Below are positions 12,981-24,144 of a stretch of 64,000 bases of DNA, one piece after another. The notes beneath the pieces are model-generated. The model saw only the letters and a program-made list of their open reading frames with translations, made no database searches and was not told where the DNA came from. A program made the position numbers and the translations under genes. Location of the stretch: positions 8,273 through 72,272 of the forward strand of contig LPNZ01010852.1 in NCBI GenBank assembly GCA_001655205.1, in the 5' to 3' direction. Every line of letters starts with the position of its first letter. Within the stretch, counting starts at the first letter, position 1. Source of the stretch: Lenisia limosa. Its lineage: Eukaryota; Protista; Breviatea.

Positions 12981-13331
12981 TCAGGTTTTTCAAGGGTGGA
13001 ATTAAAAAGACAGTGAAATATGAAATTTAATAAAAAATAAAAATGCAATAGGAAATCGATTGAATCACAAAAAGAGTTTAAAATTCAAATGTGCCCAGTT
13101 GTTTCTAGAAGCTTTTTAATGAAATACTATTTGAGTAAGAGCAAGAAGTTAGAGAGGAATTGATGACAGATTGCGTATTAGAAAAAAAAAAAAAAATAAT
13201 AAGAGGAGATCGAGATCTAATGAAATGAGGAATAAGAAGTATAAAAGAATTATTTTAAATATGGACTATTGTATCTGTAGAAGTAGTGATAAAGTTAAGA
13301 AAACAATAAAAGAGAAGATTATAAGGAGTCA

Positions 13332-13438
13332 GTTTTTGGGAAATTGAAGGTTGGTGTTAAAAAACACCGTTGTGGTAAAAGGAAACACAAAAATGTGAAT
13401 CCGAAAAAGAGCCAAAAAGGCAGAAGTCAAAAGACTTA
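13332..13438 (-). repeat. H3 stop codon and 3' UTR; left arm of an inverted repeat with the H4 3' UTR (14379-14484)
   Basis: About 105 nt aligned by eye with about 4 differences. Confidence 0.92.
13353..13368 (-). other. Histone mRNA 3' stem-loop-like element (H3)
   Basis: GGTGTT-TTTT-AACACC on the minus strand: 6-bp stem, 4-nt U loop, A/C-rich flanks (CCACAAC / AACC), about 70 nt after the stop. Confidence 0.75.
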
Positions 13439-13843
13439 GGCGTGGGTGCCGCGGAGACGCATGGCAAGACGCATATCGTCAGGCTTGATGGTAACGCGAT
13501 GGGCATGGATGGCGCAAGCGTTGGTGTCATCGAAAAGACCGACAAGGTAAGCCTCAGCAGCCTCCTGGAGAGCAGTGACGGCGGTAGACTGGAAACGGAG
13601 GTCGTCCTTGATGGTGGAGGCGATCTCACGAACAAGACGCTGGAAGGGAAGCTTGCGAATGAGGAGCTCGGTGGTACGCTGGTAGCGACGGATATCACGC
13701 AGAGCGACGGTACCGGGGCGGAAACGGTGAACCTTCTTGACGGCACCGGAGGGAACGGTCTTCTTGGCGGACTTCTTAGCGAGATGCTTGCGAGACATCT
13801 TGCCAGAGGCGGACTTGCGGGCAGTCATCTTAGTACGAACCAT
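13436..13843 (-). CDS. H3: Histone H3, divergent, intronless
   Basis: 135-aa ORF: RTKMTARKS...[17 protein letters not shown]...[16 protein letters not shown]...[33 protein letters not shown]. Confidence 0.98.
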   Translation of the reverse strand: MVRTKMTARKSASGKMSRKHLAKKSAKKTVPSGAVKKVHRFRPGTVALRDIRRYQRTTELLIRKLPFQRLVREIASTIKDDLRFQSTAVTALQEAAEAYLVGLFDDTNACAIHAHRVTIKPDDMRLAMRLRGTHA

Positions 13844-13877
13844 TTTGAATTATTCAATGAGAAAAGTAAAGAGAATT

Positions 13878-14029
13878 AAAAAAAAAATTATTTAAATAGA
13901 AAACAGTTTTTGAAAATTACAAGATAAAATTTCTAACTATCATCCCGCCAAAATTTTGGCGCCATGATAATTAGATATTTTATCTTGTAATTTTCAAAAA
14001 CTGTTTTCTATTTAAATAATTTTTTTTTT
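13878..14029. promoter_or_regulatory. Palindromic bidirectional H3/H4 promoter with two back-to-back E2F-type sites
   Basis: Perfect ~52-bp outer arms (13878-13930 and 13977-14029), near-perfect inner arms, and centre CGCCAAAA|TTTTGGCG at 13953/13954. TTTGGCGC on + and TTTGGCGG on - match E2F TTTSSCGS. The centre is 110 and 113 nt from the two ATGs. Confidence 0.8.
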
Positions 14030-14066
14030 GAGGAATGTATCTATCTTTTTTGATTAATTGATTAAC

Positions 14067-14381
14067 ATGTCTGGACGTGGAAAGGGAGGCAAGGGACTCG
14101 GAAAGGGTGGCGCCAAGCGTCTTACTCGCAAGGTTCTCCGCGACAACATCCAGGGTATCACTAAGCCCGCTATCCGCCGTCTCGCTCGTCGTGGTGGTGT
14201 CAAGCGTATCAACTCCCTCATCTACCCCGAGACTCAGAAGGTTCTCCGCCTCTTCCTCGAAGGTATCCTCAAGGACGCCATCACTTACACCGGCCATGCC
14301 CGCCGCAAGACCGTCACCGCCATGGACGTCGTCTACGCTCTCAAACGCGCCGGCCGCAACATCTACGGTGTTGCCAACTAA
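14067..14381 (+). CDS. H4: Histone H4, divergent, intronless
   Basis: [48 protein letters not shown]...[16 protein letters not shown]; 104 aa; ATG at 14067 (the ORF track starts at an upstream alternative start). Confidence 0.98.
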
Positions 14382-14484
14382 GTCTTTTGACTTCTGCCTT
14401 TCGGCTCTTTTTCGGATTCACATTTATGTGTTTCCTTTAACCACAACGGTGTTTTTTAACACCAACCTTCAATTTCCCAAAAAC
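14379..14484 (+). repeat. H4 stop codon and 3' UTR; right arm of the inverted repeat with the H3 3' UTR
   Basis: taagtcttttgacttctgcc...caatttcccaaaaac is shared with the H3 3' end. Confidence 0.92.
14448..14463 (+). other. Histone mRNA 3' stem-loop-like element (H4)
   Basis: GGTGTT-TTTT-AACACC, identical to the H3 copy. Confidence 0.75.
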
Positions 14485-15559
14485 AACCAATGTAAAACTG
14501 ACTCTTCTTTTGGTATACTTTGGCGCCTTTTTGTCTTTTTATTTTCTGACTTTTCATTCCTTCCTTTCTCTTCTGTCCTGATATAATTATTGTAATTACT
14601 TCTACAACAGGTTGATCAGCCAGATTTTCACCTCGGAGTTTTGGTATAAACATCCAGAACCTGCTGCTAGTACAAAAGTACCCGCTGGCTCGGAATTCCA
14701 TCCCCAGATCCCACAGTCCGAGCCGGCGGTCACTTTTCAATTTGAAAAATACAACACCAATCCTTTTGGAACTTCTCAATATCAGCTCAATATCAAGTGT
14801 ATTATATAGATAGAATGACGTAGACAAGTTCTTTAGCTTAAACGCCTAAGGTTCCAGAGTTTTCTTAGATTGAATCGTGGTAATGAAGCTTAATAAAGTC
14901 TGTAATGAATGTAAGCGAAGAAAGAAGAAGTGCAGGTGAGCTAATAGGATCAAAATACGTTTTATCAAGGTTTGACACATCACTGTTATTTTGTGACGTT
15001 CCTTGTGACTAACCTTCCAGTGGACCGCCTGTTTGCGAGCTTTGTCTGTCAAAGTCATTAGGTTAGTGGAGATTTTACTTTCCGACCTTTGTGCTCTGAT
15101 ATATAAATAATATGATACCCACTTCCCTCTCTTGTAGCTCCTTGTCTTCTTTTACATTCTATAGACTGCAGATTTGATCCACCGAAGCGTCCAGGCCCGA
15201 AAGTGAAAGTAGCCTGTCGTGGCGATGGATTGAAGGGGGACAGATCAGACTTCCTGAATGCAATTGTGTTGGTTGGGCGACACAATCCAAGGCTTTAACA
15301 CTTAATAAATAAGTTCTATGTTTCAGGAGTACGGAGGGGGGGGGGCAAATGAAAAGGAAGAAAAATCCACATGAATACAAATTTTGGATTTTTGGAATCA
15401 ATTGCCGTGAAATTATCTAAATAGTGATTTCATTCATGAGATGAGCTGCTTTTTCTTTTCTTTTTTTAAACTACTAGTGCTCTTTGAAATTGTAACAGAA
15501 TTAAAAATATAAAACGACGTTGTTCTATTTAAATTTTGAAGTACTAAAGAGAATTACAT

Positions 15560-18500
15560 CGATGGGATGTTGGAAGGAACAAGTGGATTGTGACCTGATT
15601 TTTGATGCTATTAAACTTCCCATTTTTTAAAAAACTTTTTCAGAAAAGTGTCGGGACTATTTATCCATTCCCATAACTTTGAGGGGAGAGTTACACAGAG
15701 TCATTATGAAGGCTACTTTCATGGAATTTGTTTTGACCTGTATTGTACCGCCAAGATTCCTTTTATGGACATAAGGCTGGATATTTTATGGAACCTGTCA
15801 CCTGGTGTTTTTAATTCATATTTTTTGTGATATCTTTGAAAACTGAGACTTTGTAGACCTCAAAACCAGGCAGCGCCCCAGGCGATCCCTTTTGGTATAC
15901 AGAATGACGACAACTTCCAAATTCGATTCCCACCAATGCCCCGCAACTCCCAAGAAAGCGGCAGCCTTGCAATGCTGTTGGGGGGGGGGGCTCTGGATGA
16001 TGATTGTTCCTTTGAACTGCCATTAATATATTAGGTTTTCCAAGCACGAAAAGGTTCTCAACAATGCATCCACCCAATGTAAGCCGATTGTTTTGATTCC
16101 TCTTACTAACATTTAGTGTGTACCGATTCTTTCAATCTTGTGACATCTGCATTCAGGTCGCACTATATTAGTACGTCCCCTAGGTTTTTCTTCAAATTGA
16201 CCTTTCAGTTGCCTACCAATCTTGGACCGAAGGAATGGGAATTGTTGGCGTTCCACCTCTGTCGTACCTTGAGCCAAAAGGACCAGTAAGCCCCACCAGG
16301 GTTCATAATGCACTGACACTTTAGAGCGATACATTCTCCGTTGACGTTGTTTGTTCAATTGGAGCTTTCATGAGAGGCCACATGGAACTCTGTACAAGGT
16401 GAGTTAATTTTGAATTTGACTGCTGCTTGTTGTTGCTTGTTCTTCTTGCTTTATAGGCTCATTAATCGCGCTCTGAACATGTTATCGACAGTGCCTCCTG
16501 AAATGGCAAGTACCTCACTTGTCTTGTCCATTGTGATTCTGATGGGCCTTGCGTCTGATGTTGGCGATTCCGCTGTTCTTGAGAAGGTTTGGCAATTACG
16601 TCTGTTTTACAACCTATCACTTATATTTATTGCAACATATCACTGCTTAGTTGGGTAGTGACTTGTCTATTTTCGCTCCGCACGTCCAAATGAGTACATC
16701 AGTTGCAACCTTTGTAGAAGGTTTCATCTCTCCTCGAAACAGAGAACACGCTTTATGTAGGTTGAGACAACCGTTTATTGCGATGTCGTCATTCACCAAA
16801 ATAGGCTGGAAGTTCCCTGTATATGGGCCAACAGATGTCACGAAAGAGCTCCCGCTGTCGGCCATTCCATTGTACGCTTTTGCTATAGTTGAGACTCACT
16901 TTTCAGCCTTGCCCACTCCCTTCTCGGCCCTCTAACTGAGGAATGGCCTTTTCAAGCAGGATGCCCAGCAGTGGTCCGTACACGACCGGTTTGCTATTTT
17001 TGCCCAATATTAACAGTTAACTTTGTAGAACCGTCGGCTTTTCCCAGGGATCTTACCTGAAAGCTGCCTACACTCACAAACCTTGAAGAAGCTGGACGAG
17101 ATGCAAAACAACATGATGAACACCTTTGAAATGACAGATCATTCCTTTCAGCATGAAGTGGGCCTTGTAACAACCATGATAACTCTGATATGACATGTGT
17201 AACACTATCAGGAGCCGCATCACTTCCATTTCTGTCAATCTCCAGAGAACCTGTCGCATAACCTAGTCAGCACCTGGTTTTTTTGAGTCTCAAAGCTGTT
17301 CTTTTATTTACACTTTAGCCTCCTCCCAGTCCATCGCCTTCCTTTCTTTCTTTAACCACCAGTGAAACGGAATTTATCCGGAGACAGGTGAGCCTAAAGG
17401 TAATACTTCTGACATACAATACAGGGCCGAGTTGAGGACTTCACAACATTGGACTTGGGACCTCTGGACCTCGAAAATGCTGAAGACGTCCCCCTCAGTG
17501 AGCTGGAATGTGACCTTAATAGCGCTGCTTGGTATTAGATGCTCGTATCTGACGGCATCAGGTGTGCCGCGTTGTCCTGAGTCCGAAGCCATATTCGAAT
17601 CCTTGATTCAGTCTGCACCGGCGCCTCCCCAAGGCATGTCTCTCCAATACACCGTTTCAAATGGCGCAATCCTGCCTCTTGACCCCAACTTTGTCAACAC
17701 TTTCTTCAGGGTTGGTGCCAGATTTAGGATATCATCGGTGACTTTTTAGTTGGCAGCATCAACACGGCGGGTGGTCGAGACCATCGATGAGCCAATCATT
17801 GCTTCCTTGATCGGCAAAGCTTATGTCTTCATGAACTGTCTGCGGTGCAAGTTATCCACACTCCCCTTGAAATGAAATATTACTCATTTCTAACTCTTCA
17901 GCCTTACTCCATATTCTTCTTCTTTTCCGTTCTGCGAGGTACAACCAGGCACTTCAAGAGCTCCGGCGGCTCAAACCCTTCATCTTGGTGGGTGGTGTTT
18001 TGATGAACTGAAGTTGGTTGATATATGTGCTCATTTCACGTGCTCAGGAGAACTTTGTGTCATCTCTCGTTCTTCTTCCTAAGACTGCGTTTGCCATTTG
18101 TCACATTATTGGCTTTCTGGCCGACTTGAGGCAGGTTGGAGGGTCGAGTGTCTGTCTATTGGTTACGGTGTTTGCCTTGCATACTCCATTTAAAAATTTG
18201 CTTTTGATCCTTGTAGGCTGACCTTCTTGTTGAGCTTCGTGATGCGTTTTACTCCGAACGTAAGTAACGAAATGTTTTCAAGCAGAACTGATTCTGTAGA
18301 CATTCCTGCACGTGAGATTGCGTGGATCACTGGCTACTGTGAAGAGTTCCTCTCCGCTCTTGGTGTTGAGAGGCCACCACCAGGACCAAATCCGGGTAAG
18401 TCCTACGTTTGCCAAAGCCTAATGACACCTTAGGAACCACGACTGTGTTTTCACTCGACTCTTTCTTTGCATATATTGCTAGGTCCTGCCAAGGCAAGCA

Positions 18501-18600
18501 GTAAGCGAATGAACTTTCAAATTACACTATTATGATCTGTCATTCATCAATCCCATTTACTTTTCAGCTCAAAACAGTTCCTTCCTCCTCCTCTCCATCC
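15560..18600 (+). CDS. Hypothetical multi-exon protein; boundaries approximate
   Basis: Exon-like blocks bounded by GT/AG in the local intron style, e.g. MRGHMELCTR|LINRALNMLSTVPPEMASTSLVLSIVILMGLASDVGDSAVLEK|, and ...IAWITGYCEEFLSALGVERPPPGPNP|. No recognisable motif. Confidence 0.4.
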
Positions 18601-18828
18601 CCTTAGAATTCAAAACTTCTCGTGAGCTTCCTGGAATTTTTTCAAGCATTTTGTTTCCTTTATGACGCTTTTAGTGAGTAAGAGAAGCTCTATCTTTCGT
18701 TTCTTAATGTTCGGCTCGTGTTTCTTACTTTTCTTATGTTGTTTCTCATATCATAATTGAGTTTAAGATTACTATCTTCAAGTGGCCCTTTAATATCATA
18801 AAGCCATATATCAAGCAAGCATCGGAGC

Positions 18829-21287
18829 TTAGAAGAGGTCGTGGAGAACCTTGTGGACGAAGTCAGTGGAGGCCGTGGGTTGATCGAGGGGAACCTGGAC
18901 AGTGAAAACATGACAGGATTACGATAACAATGCGGAAGAGGAGAACCTACCATGTGACCGGCCTGGTAGACACGGACGTATGAGAGGTTGTCAACAGTGG
19001 TGATCTTACCAGCGAGTTGTCCGCCAGAATACCATTCCTTAAATATGAGTCAGGGCAGGTCGGGCCATGCATGACTCACCTTGGGCTCAGCGGCGGCCCA
19101 CTTGCTCTGTCCAGCCCACTTGAGGTGGGGGAGGAAGTACTCCGTTCCGCGGTCTGCAGCATTACTTTTAAAACAAGAGAAAAAAAAATATAGGGATACA
19201 AAACTACATTACACTTGGTAAATTGAGGGTGCCAAGAGTAAGTCCACTAAAAGGCATACGATTGCAGATGAAATCCTGGTCGCCGGAGTAGAAGACAGCA
19301 AGCTTGCCGGCGTCAAGAACAGCCGAAACAGCGTGGTCCACTGAGCGCCTATTGAGTAAACCCAGGGAAGAGGGTATCTCATGGTCAAGTTCAACCCACA
19401 TCCAGTCGTCTTCGAACTGCTGGTTGACGGGGCCGTTGCAGGTTTCCCAGGTCTTATCAACGCCAATGCGTTGTTGGACCTCGTCAAGGTTGAGGTAGGA
19501 TACCACGTTCGAGAAGTCGTAGCACAGGCCGGGAATCTAACATGTTAGCTGGACAAGACGTTTTAGAAGCAAAGGGTAAAGGACTCACCTTGCAGGGAAT
19601 ACGGATGTCATAGGGGTTGATGTTGGTGGGAACAGTGACGTCAGAAATGAGCTAAAAAGTGGATAAGTGAGTGGATAGAGTGAGTGGAGTCCTACAGAAG
19701 TGCAAGTGAGATAGGCGGTAGTGAAGCGGCCGGCATCGATGATACGTTCGCACTCGTGAGTGGTGAGGTTCATGCGGTGGTAGAGGTTTTTGTCAATGAG
19801 ATGATGTTCAAAGGCATAGTCACCATAGGCACGGAGCTGAAAGCGGTTAGGGGTGGCATAGTCACCATAGGCACGGAGAGGAATTGGCTTGAAAGCATAA
19901 CTAAAAGTTTCATACCTGGTAGCGAGGCCACACCATTCCGTTTCCAACAGCGAATCCCTAAATAGTCAACACAACAAGCGGGAAGTGAACGCACCTTGAA
20001 GTTGATATGACGTCCACCCTCTTCATTGCCCTTAACAATACGGGCAGAGCAAGATGGAACCTGGAAGGTCAATCTCACTACCACCTTGAAAGACACTCAC
20101 ATAATGGCCGCCGTAAGATTCACCAAAGATGTAGAAGGGGTTGTTCTTAAGATGGGGGTACTCGTCGTGCATGTACTTTGTTACAAAGTTGTAGACTGAA
20201 AATGTGAGAGAAGCTCACGACAATCACTCCTGCTTACTGTCTTCTGAGACTTCAGCCTCGTTGCCGACGGACTTCACGTCGTCTAAATCAGTAAAAGAGG
20301 AGTTATGACAGTAGCACATTTAAGTTCTTATACTGTTTGAAATTCCTGGCTTTAATGAGAACTAGGTCAAAAAAAAAAAAAAAAAAANNNNNNNNNNNNN
20401 NNNNNNNNNNNNNNNNNNNNNNNNNNNNNNNNNNNNNNNNNNNNNNNNNNNNNNNNNNNNNNNNNNNNNNNNNNNNNNNNNNNNNNAAAACTAGTCATAA
20501 ACTTCATCATGAGCTTCTTTGTAGTTTTTACTTCATAAATAGTATACATATGATATATCATATTTATTTATTCATAATAATAGAAACCTTCATGTTACGC
20601 ACTCCAGATATGTCTGTCTGCTCTGCATACCAGTGGAGGAGAACCCGACGTCAGTAGGCTGGTCGATGAAGATAATGTAAGCCTCGTTGTTCCATGACTC
20701 AGGGTTGACAGAAAGCTCAAGGTTGTCGTCAAGCTTGTAGGGTCCGTTTTCAACAAAGAGGGCGAGCTGATCACGGTGAAAAAGAATGGAACAAGACACA
20801 CATGTCCTGCCTGTATAACCCACAACCAACCATGTTGAAAGTCGGGACCGGACCAGCCCCCCCTCTCATCAATTACTATCATCCCATCCATTCATCCCTG
20901 TCCACGGAACCTTCATCGTTGCATTCTAAATGAACCAACCTCACCTGACCAGAGCATCCAGGTCCTCCTGAAAAACATAAGTGAACATATCTTAACGACA
21001 TCATCATTCTCTTCAATATAAGGTTCTATGTAGGCTTACCAGTCATCCAGAGAATGACAGGGGCGCTAGTATTGCCGTTGCGGGGTTCGAAAGACCAGTG
21101 GAAAAGACGAGCTGAAGAGTTACTCCGTTTAAACTGCGGAATGCTTACTATTAGCTTCCTCGTTAACAAGGATACGTCCAGTGTGTTGCTTCTCAGCCTG
21201 TTCGCCAATAACGCGAGGCATAGTGATGGGAGCGGCAAAAGCCACAGAAAGAAGTGCCAAAATGGCAATAAATACTGCACTTCTCAT
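18829..21287 (-). CDS. Secreted serine carboxypeptidase, family S10 (CPY-like)
   Basis: Signal peptide MRSAVFIAILALLSVAFA; motifs W.TGGPGCSG, LFVENGPY, FIDQPTDVGFS, catalytic GESYGG (Ser), YSGDQDFIC (Asp) and QAGHMVP (His). Stop TAA at 18829-18831. Confidence 0.95.
19813..19878 (-). repeat. 24-bp direct repeat: first 8 codons of an exon duplicated in the upstream intron, separated by an 18-nt branch-point/acceptor module
   Basis: Minus strand: ctccgtgcctatggtgactatgcc-acccctaaccgctttcag|ctccgtgcctatggtgactatgcc. Confidence 0.85.
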
Positions 21288-21532
21288 CGTTGTCAGTATT
21301 AAGGGGCTGATTTTTTTTTCCCCATTTTATATAAGAATCCCGGAACGGGGGGAACTGGTCAGAATCAGAAAACTTAGCCTCCCAGCCTCCTCCAGCCTCC
21401 CCCTCTCCTAACAAGCCACTGATAAGCCACTAGGCCACTAGGCCACTAGTTAGTTGACAGCGAGACAGCGAACCCAGCAGCCACCGCAGACTTGCCCCAG
21501 ACAACCCCCACCTCGTGTGAAATAGTCCCAAA

Positions 21533-24078
21533 ATGGATTATGACAATTTCTCTCAAATGGTTTGTGTTCTATTTCTTAATACAATGGATTTCCAAGGAGA
21601 TGTTACAATCCAGGTGCTCTCAGCATCTTTACTCAATCACTCTTCGACATTGTCGAATATCTCGGCATACGCCAACCCTATTGGTCCTTATGTGGGTGGT
21701 TATAATGCACTTTTCAAATACCAAAGAGCAAACCTATTGTAAAAACCCATTATTATATTTGTTACTCTCAATTATACAGTATATATATATTTTTACGCGC
21801 TTTGATAATTCCCAGTTTAATTATGGTAACTTTTCAAAACAAACCAGAGCTATGTCAGTGGTATTCATAACGAGACAGGGTCGAAGTGCGCTCTTCCACG
21901 CCTGCTCAGAAGGTAACCTAAGTGTTGCCAAGGCCATTGTGGGAATGGGTGGGGACATGGCTGCTGACGGGGCTCATATCCGACGGAACGCTGGCGTGTG
22001 CACCGTAGGGGGGGGGGGTCAGAAAGAAATGCGAGTGTCCATTTGGATTTGTTGGTCGTTGTAATTTGTGCAGCCGAAATCTCTGTTGCAGTACGCAGCA
22101 GCGCATGGATTCCTCAATGTAAGAATGTGCGCTCTGTTTTTATGTTAAAGATAGTCATTCATATGCCGATTTCAAATGAAGAGAAAAGCCCTCCAAAGGA
22201 AGACGGCAAATCTGTAAACAATGTTGCCATTTGACATTTAGTGGGCTACATTGTCGGCATTCGGCTGGGCCGCGGATAGAGGGCATCTCCATGTCTGCCA
22301 ATATTTGATCGACAAGGTTGGTCAGCCTTATGGTTGTCTCACAGTGTAGGGCGTTGCTATCAATGCAGTTGTTGGATATGTAAGGTATGGGGGTGAAACT
22401 AACCTTTCAGAACCGAACAGCCCTGTTTTATGCTGCCAGAAGTGGTCATGCAAATGTAGGGCTTTGCTTTTCTTTTCATGCCTTCAAGGTTGTACAGTAT
22501 CTATTGAATTGTGGTATTTCAACCAAACACAAAGACCATAATGTAAGGAGTGATCGTTCTAATATTAGGATGATACAGCAGCTCATAGGAGTGTTCATGC
22601 ACGTGACCCTGGAGCTTTACTGGCTTTATTAGAGGGCTCTGTTCTGTCCAATCCATGTAAGGTGAGTAACCTCACAGTTTTCAGCTCTTTTCCATATCCT
22701 TTCATTTCTTTAGTTTTCTCCCCTCCATGAAGCCTGCATGGTAGGAGTTGCAGTTAGCTTATAGCGTAGATTGGGAATGTCTCAGCCATATGTGTGCTTT
22801 TAGACAGTCATGAAGGTAGACGTTCACTTAGGACTGAAGCATCCTTCATTTGCCAAACCCCCTTGTCAATTGCTCTGTCATATGGTCATTCTAATGTTTG
22901 TTGTTGTTCTTCAGCTGACTTGTAGGTGGCAGAGATTCTTTTGGAGGCAGGAGCAAACCCAAAACAACGCACCTCCGAGGTAATTACATGTTGGCCTTTA
23001 ATATCTCAGGAATTACCGTTGATATATCGTGTTGATAATTTGGACGGCTATCTTTATCTAAAGAACTGTTTGGGTATTGACCTCATTCCAAATTTTGAGG
23101 TTTGTTCTCACCAAGGCTGTTGGACATGGCTCTACTAATTTTTCCTTCAATTTACATTCACTCCCAAATGGATTTACTCAACCACAGTATGACACGATAT
23201 AGTATAATAGATTTATCATAGTATATCATACTAATATGTATGTACATCTTTCTGAAATAACTTTTCAACTTTGTAGAAGATGCCTCCTTTACACTTCGCT
23301 GCAATGTGCGATTCTGTTCCCCTTTTTGCCCACATTTTGGCTGATAACTTGAGTAATGTCAATTCAACGAACCACGCAGTAGGACTGTAGTGAGCTGACC
23401 CCAGAATGAGACGCCGCTTCTGAAGGCTATCCGGTCGGACATTGGCGTGAACGTTTCGCTCCTCCTCGATAATGGAGCGGTTGTCTCTGATCTGTATAGC
23501 ATTTCTGGCGTGGGAGGGGTTACTTGTCAGTTGACTGTTCCTAAAAACCATGTCGTAATGCAAACTGCTGAAGTGTGGACTATGTAATTTGAATATAGAG
23601 TTCAGCCCTGATTTTGACTGTCCAGGATCATAATTTGAATGTTCTACAAGTAGCCATTCTTGACGGGTCAAAAAGTGTTGTTCGAGTGCTGCTGGAGCAC
23701 CAGATTGTTGACATCAATTATGAAACTCCAATGGTGGGTCTAACACTGCGTTCCTCTTCAGCTTTATAGTTTTTGTTTGAAGGGCTGCTAATTACATCCA
23801 CAGGGGATAACCGCTCTGAACCTTGCGCTTGAGCGCCAGACTGAACTTGTGGAAGTAAGTCTTGATGACATCTCAGTTTCCAGGCTCTACTCAAGGCTGG
23901 TGCCGATCCTAATGGCTTTATGCCTGTGAGATGGGGGTGCCTTCTGGTGGTGCTTGATTAATCATTTTAGTCCATGAGAGGAGAAGGAGAGACCCTTCTA
24001 CGATACTGCAGGAACACACCTGACCAGGAACACACGAAAATGGCTCTGCTTTTGCTTCATTACGGCGCAACAACTTGA
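21533..24078 (+). CDS. Ankyrin-repeat protein (3' end approximate)
   Basis: Repeated ANK motifs across exons: GRSALFHACSEGNLSVAKAIV, NRTALFYAARSGHANVVQYLL, VAEILLEAGANP, KMPPLHFAA, GITALNLALE...LLKAGADPN. Confidence 0.85.
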
Positions 24079-24144
24079 CCAGCCAAGAAAAATAAACAGC
24101 ATATATCAATACAAACACCCAAGAAACCCCAATACTATTTTGAA

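Noticed and set aside
14402-14420. GGCTCTTTT resembling the 5' arm of the metazoan histone stem-loop
   Set aside because: The following bases (TCGGATTC) cannot close the 6-bp stem; the element at 14448-14463 fits the structure far better.
13357-14586. Long ORFs overlapping the histones (13357-13746 +, 13442-13879 +, 13980-14297 -, 14077-14586 +)
   Set aside because: Antisense or frame shadows of GC-rich, codon-biased histone CDSs; low-complexity translations with no motifs.
14612-14809. GSEFHPQIP peptide resembling an ELM2 motif
   Set aside because: The match is too short and there is no supporting SANT domain or exon chain.
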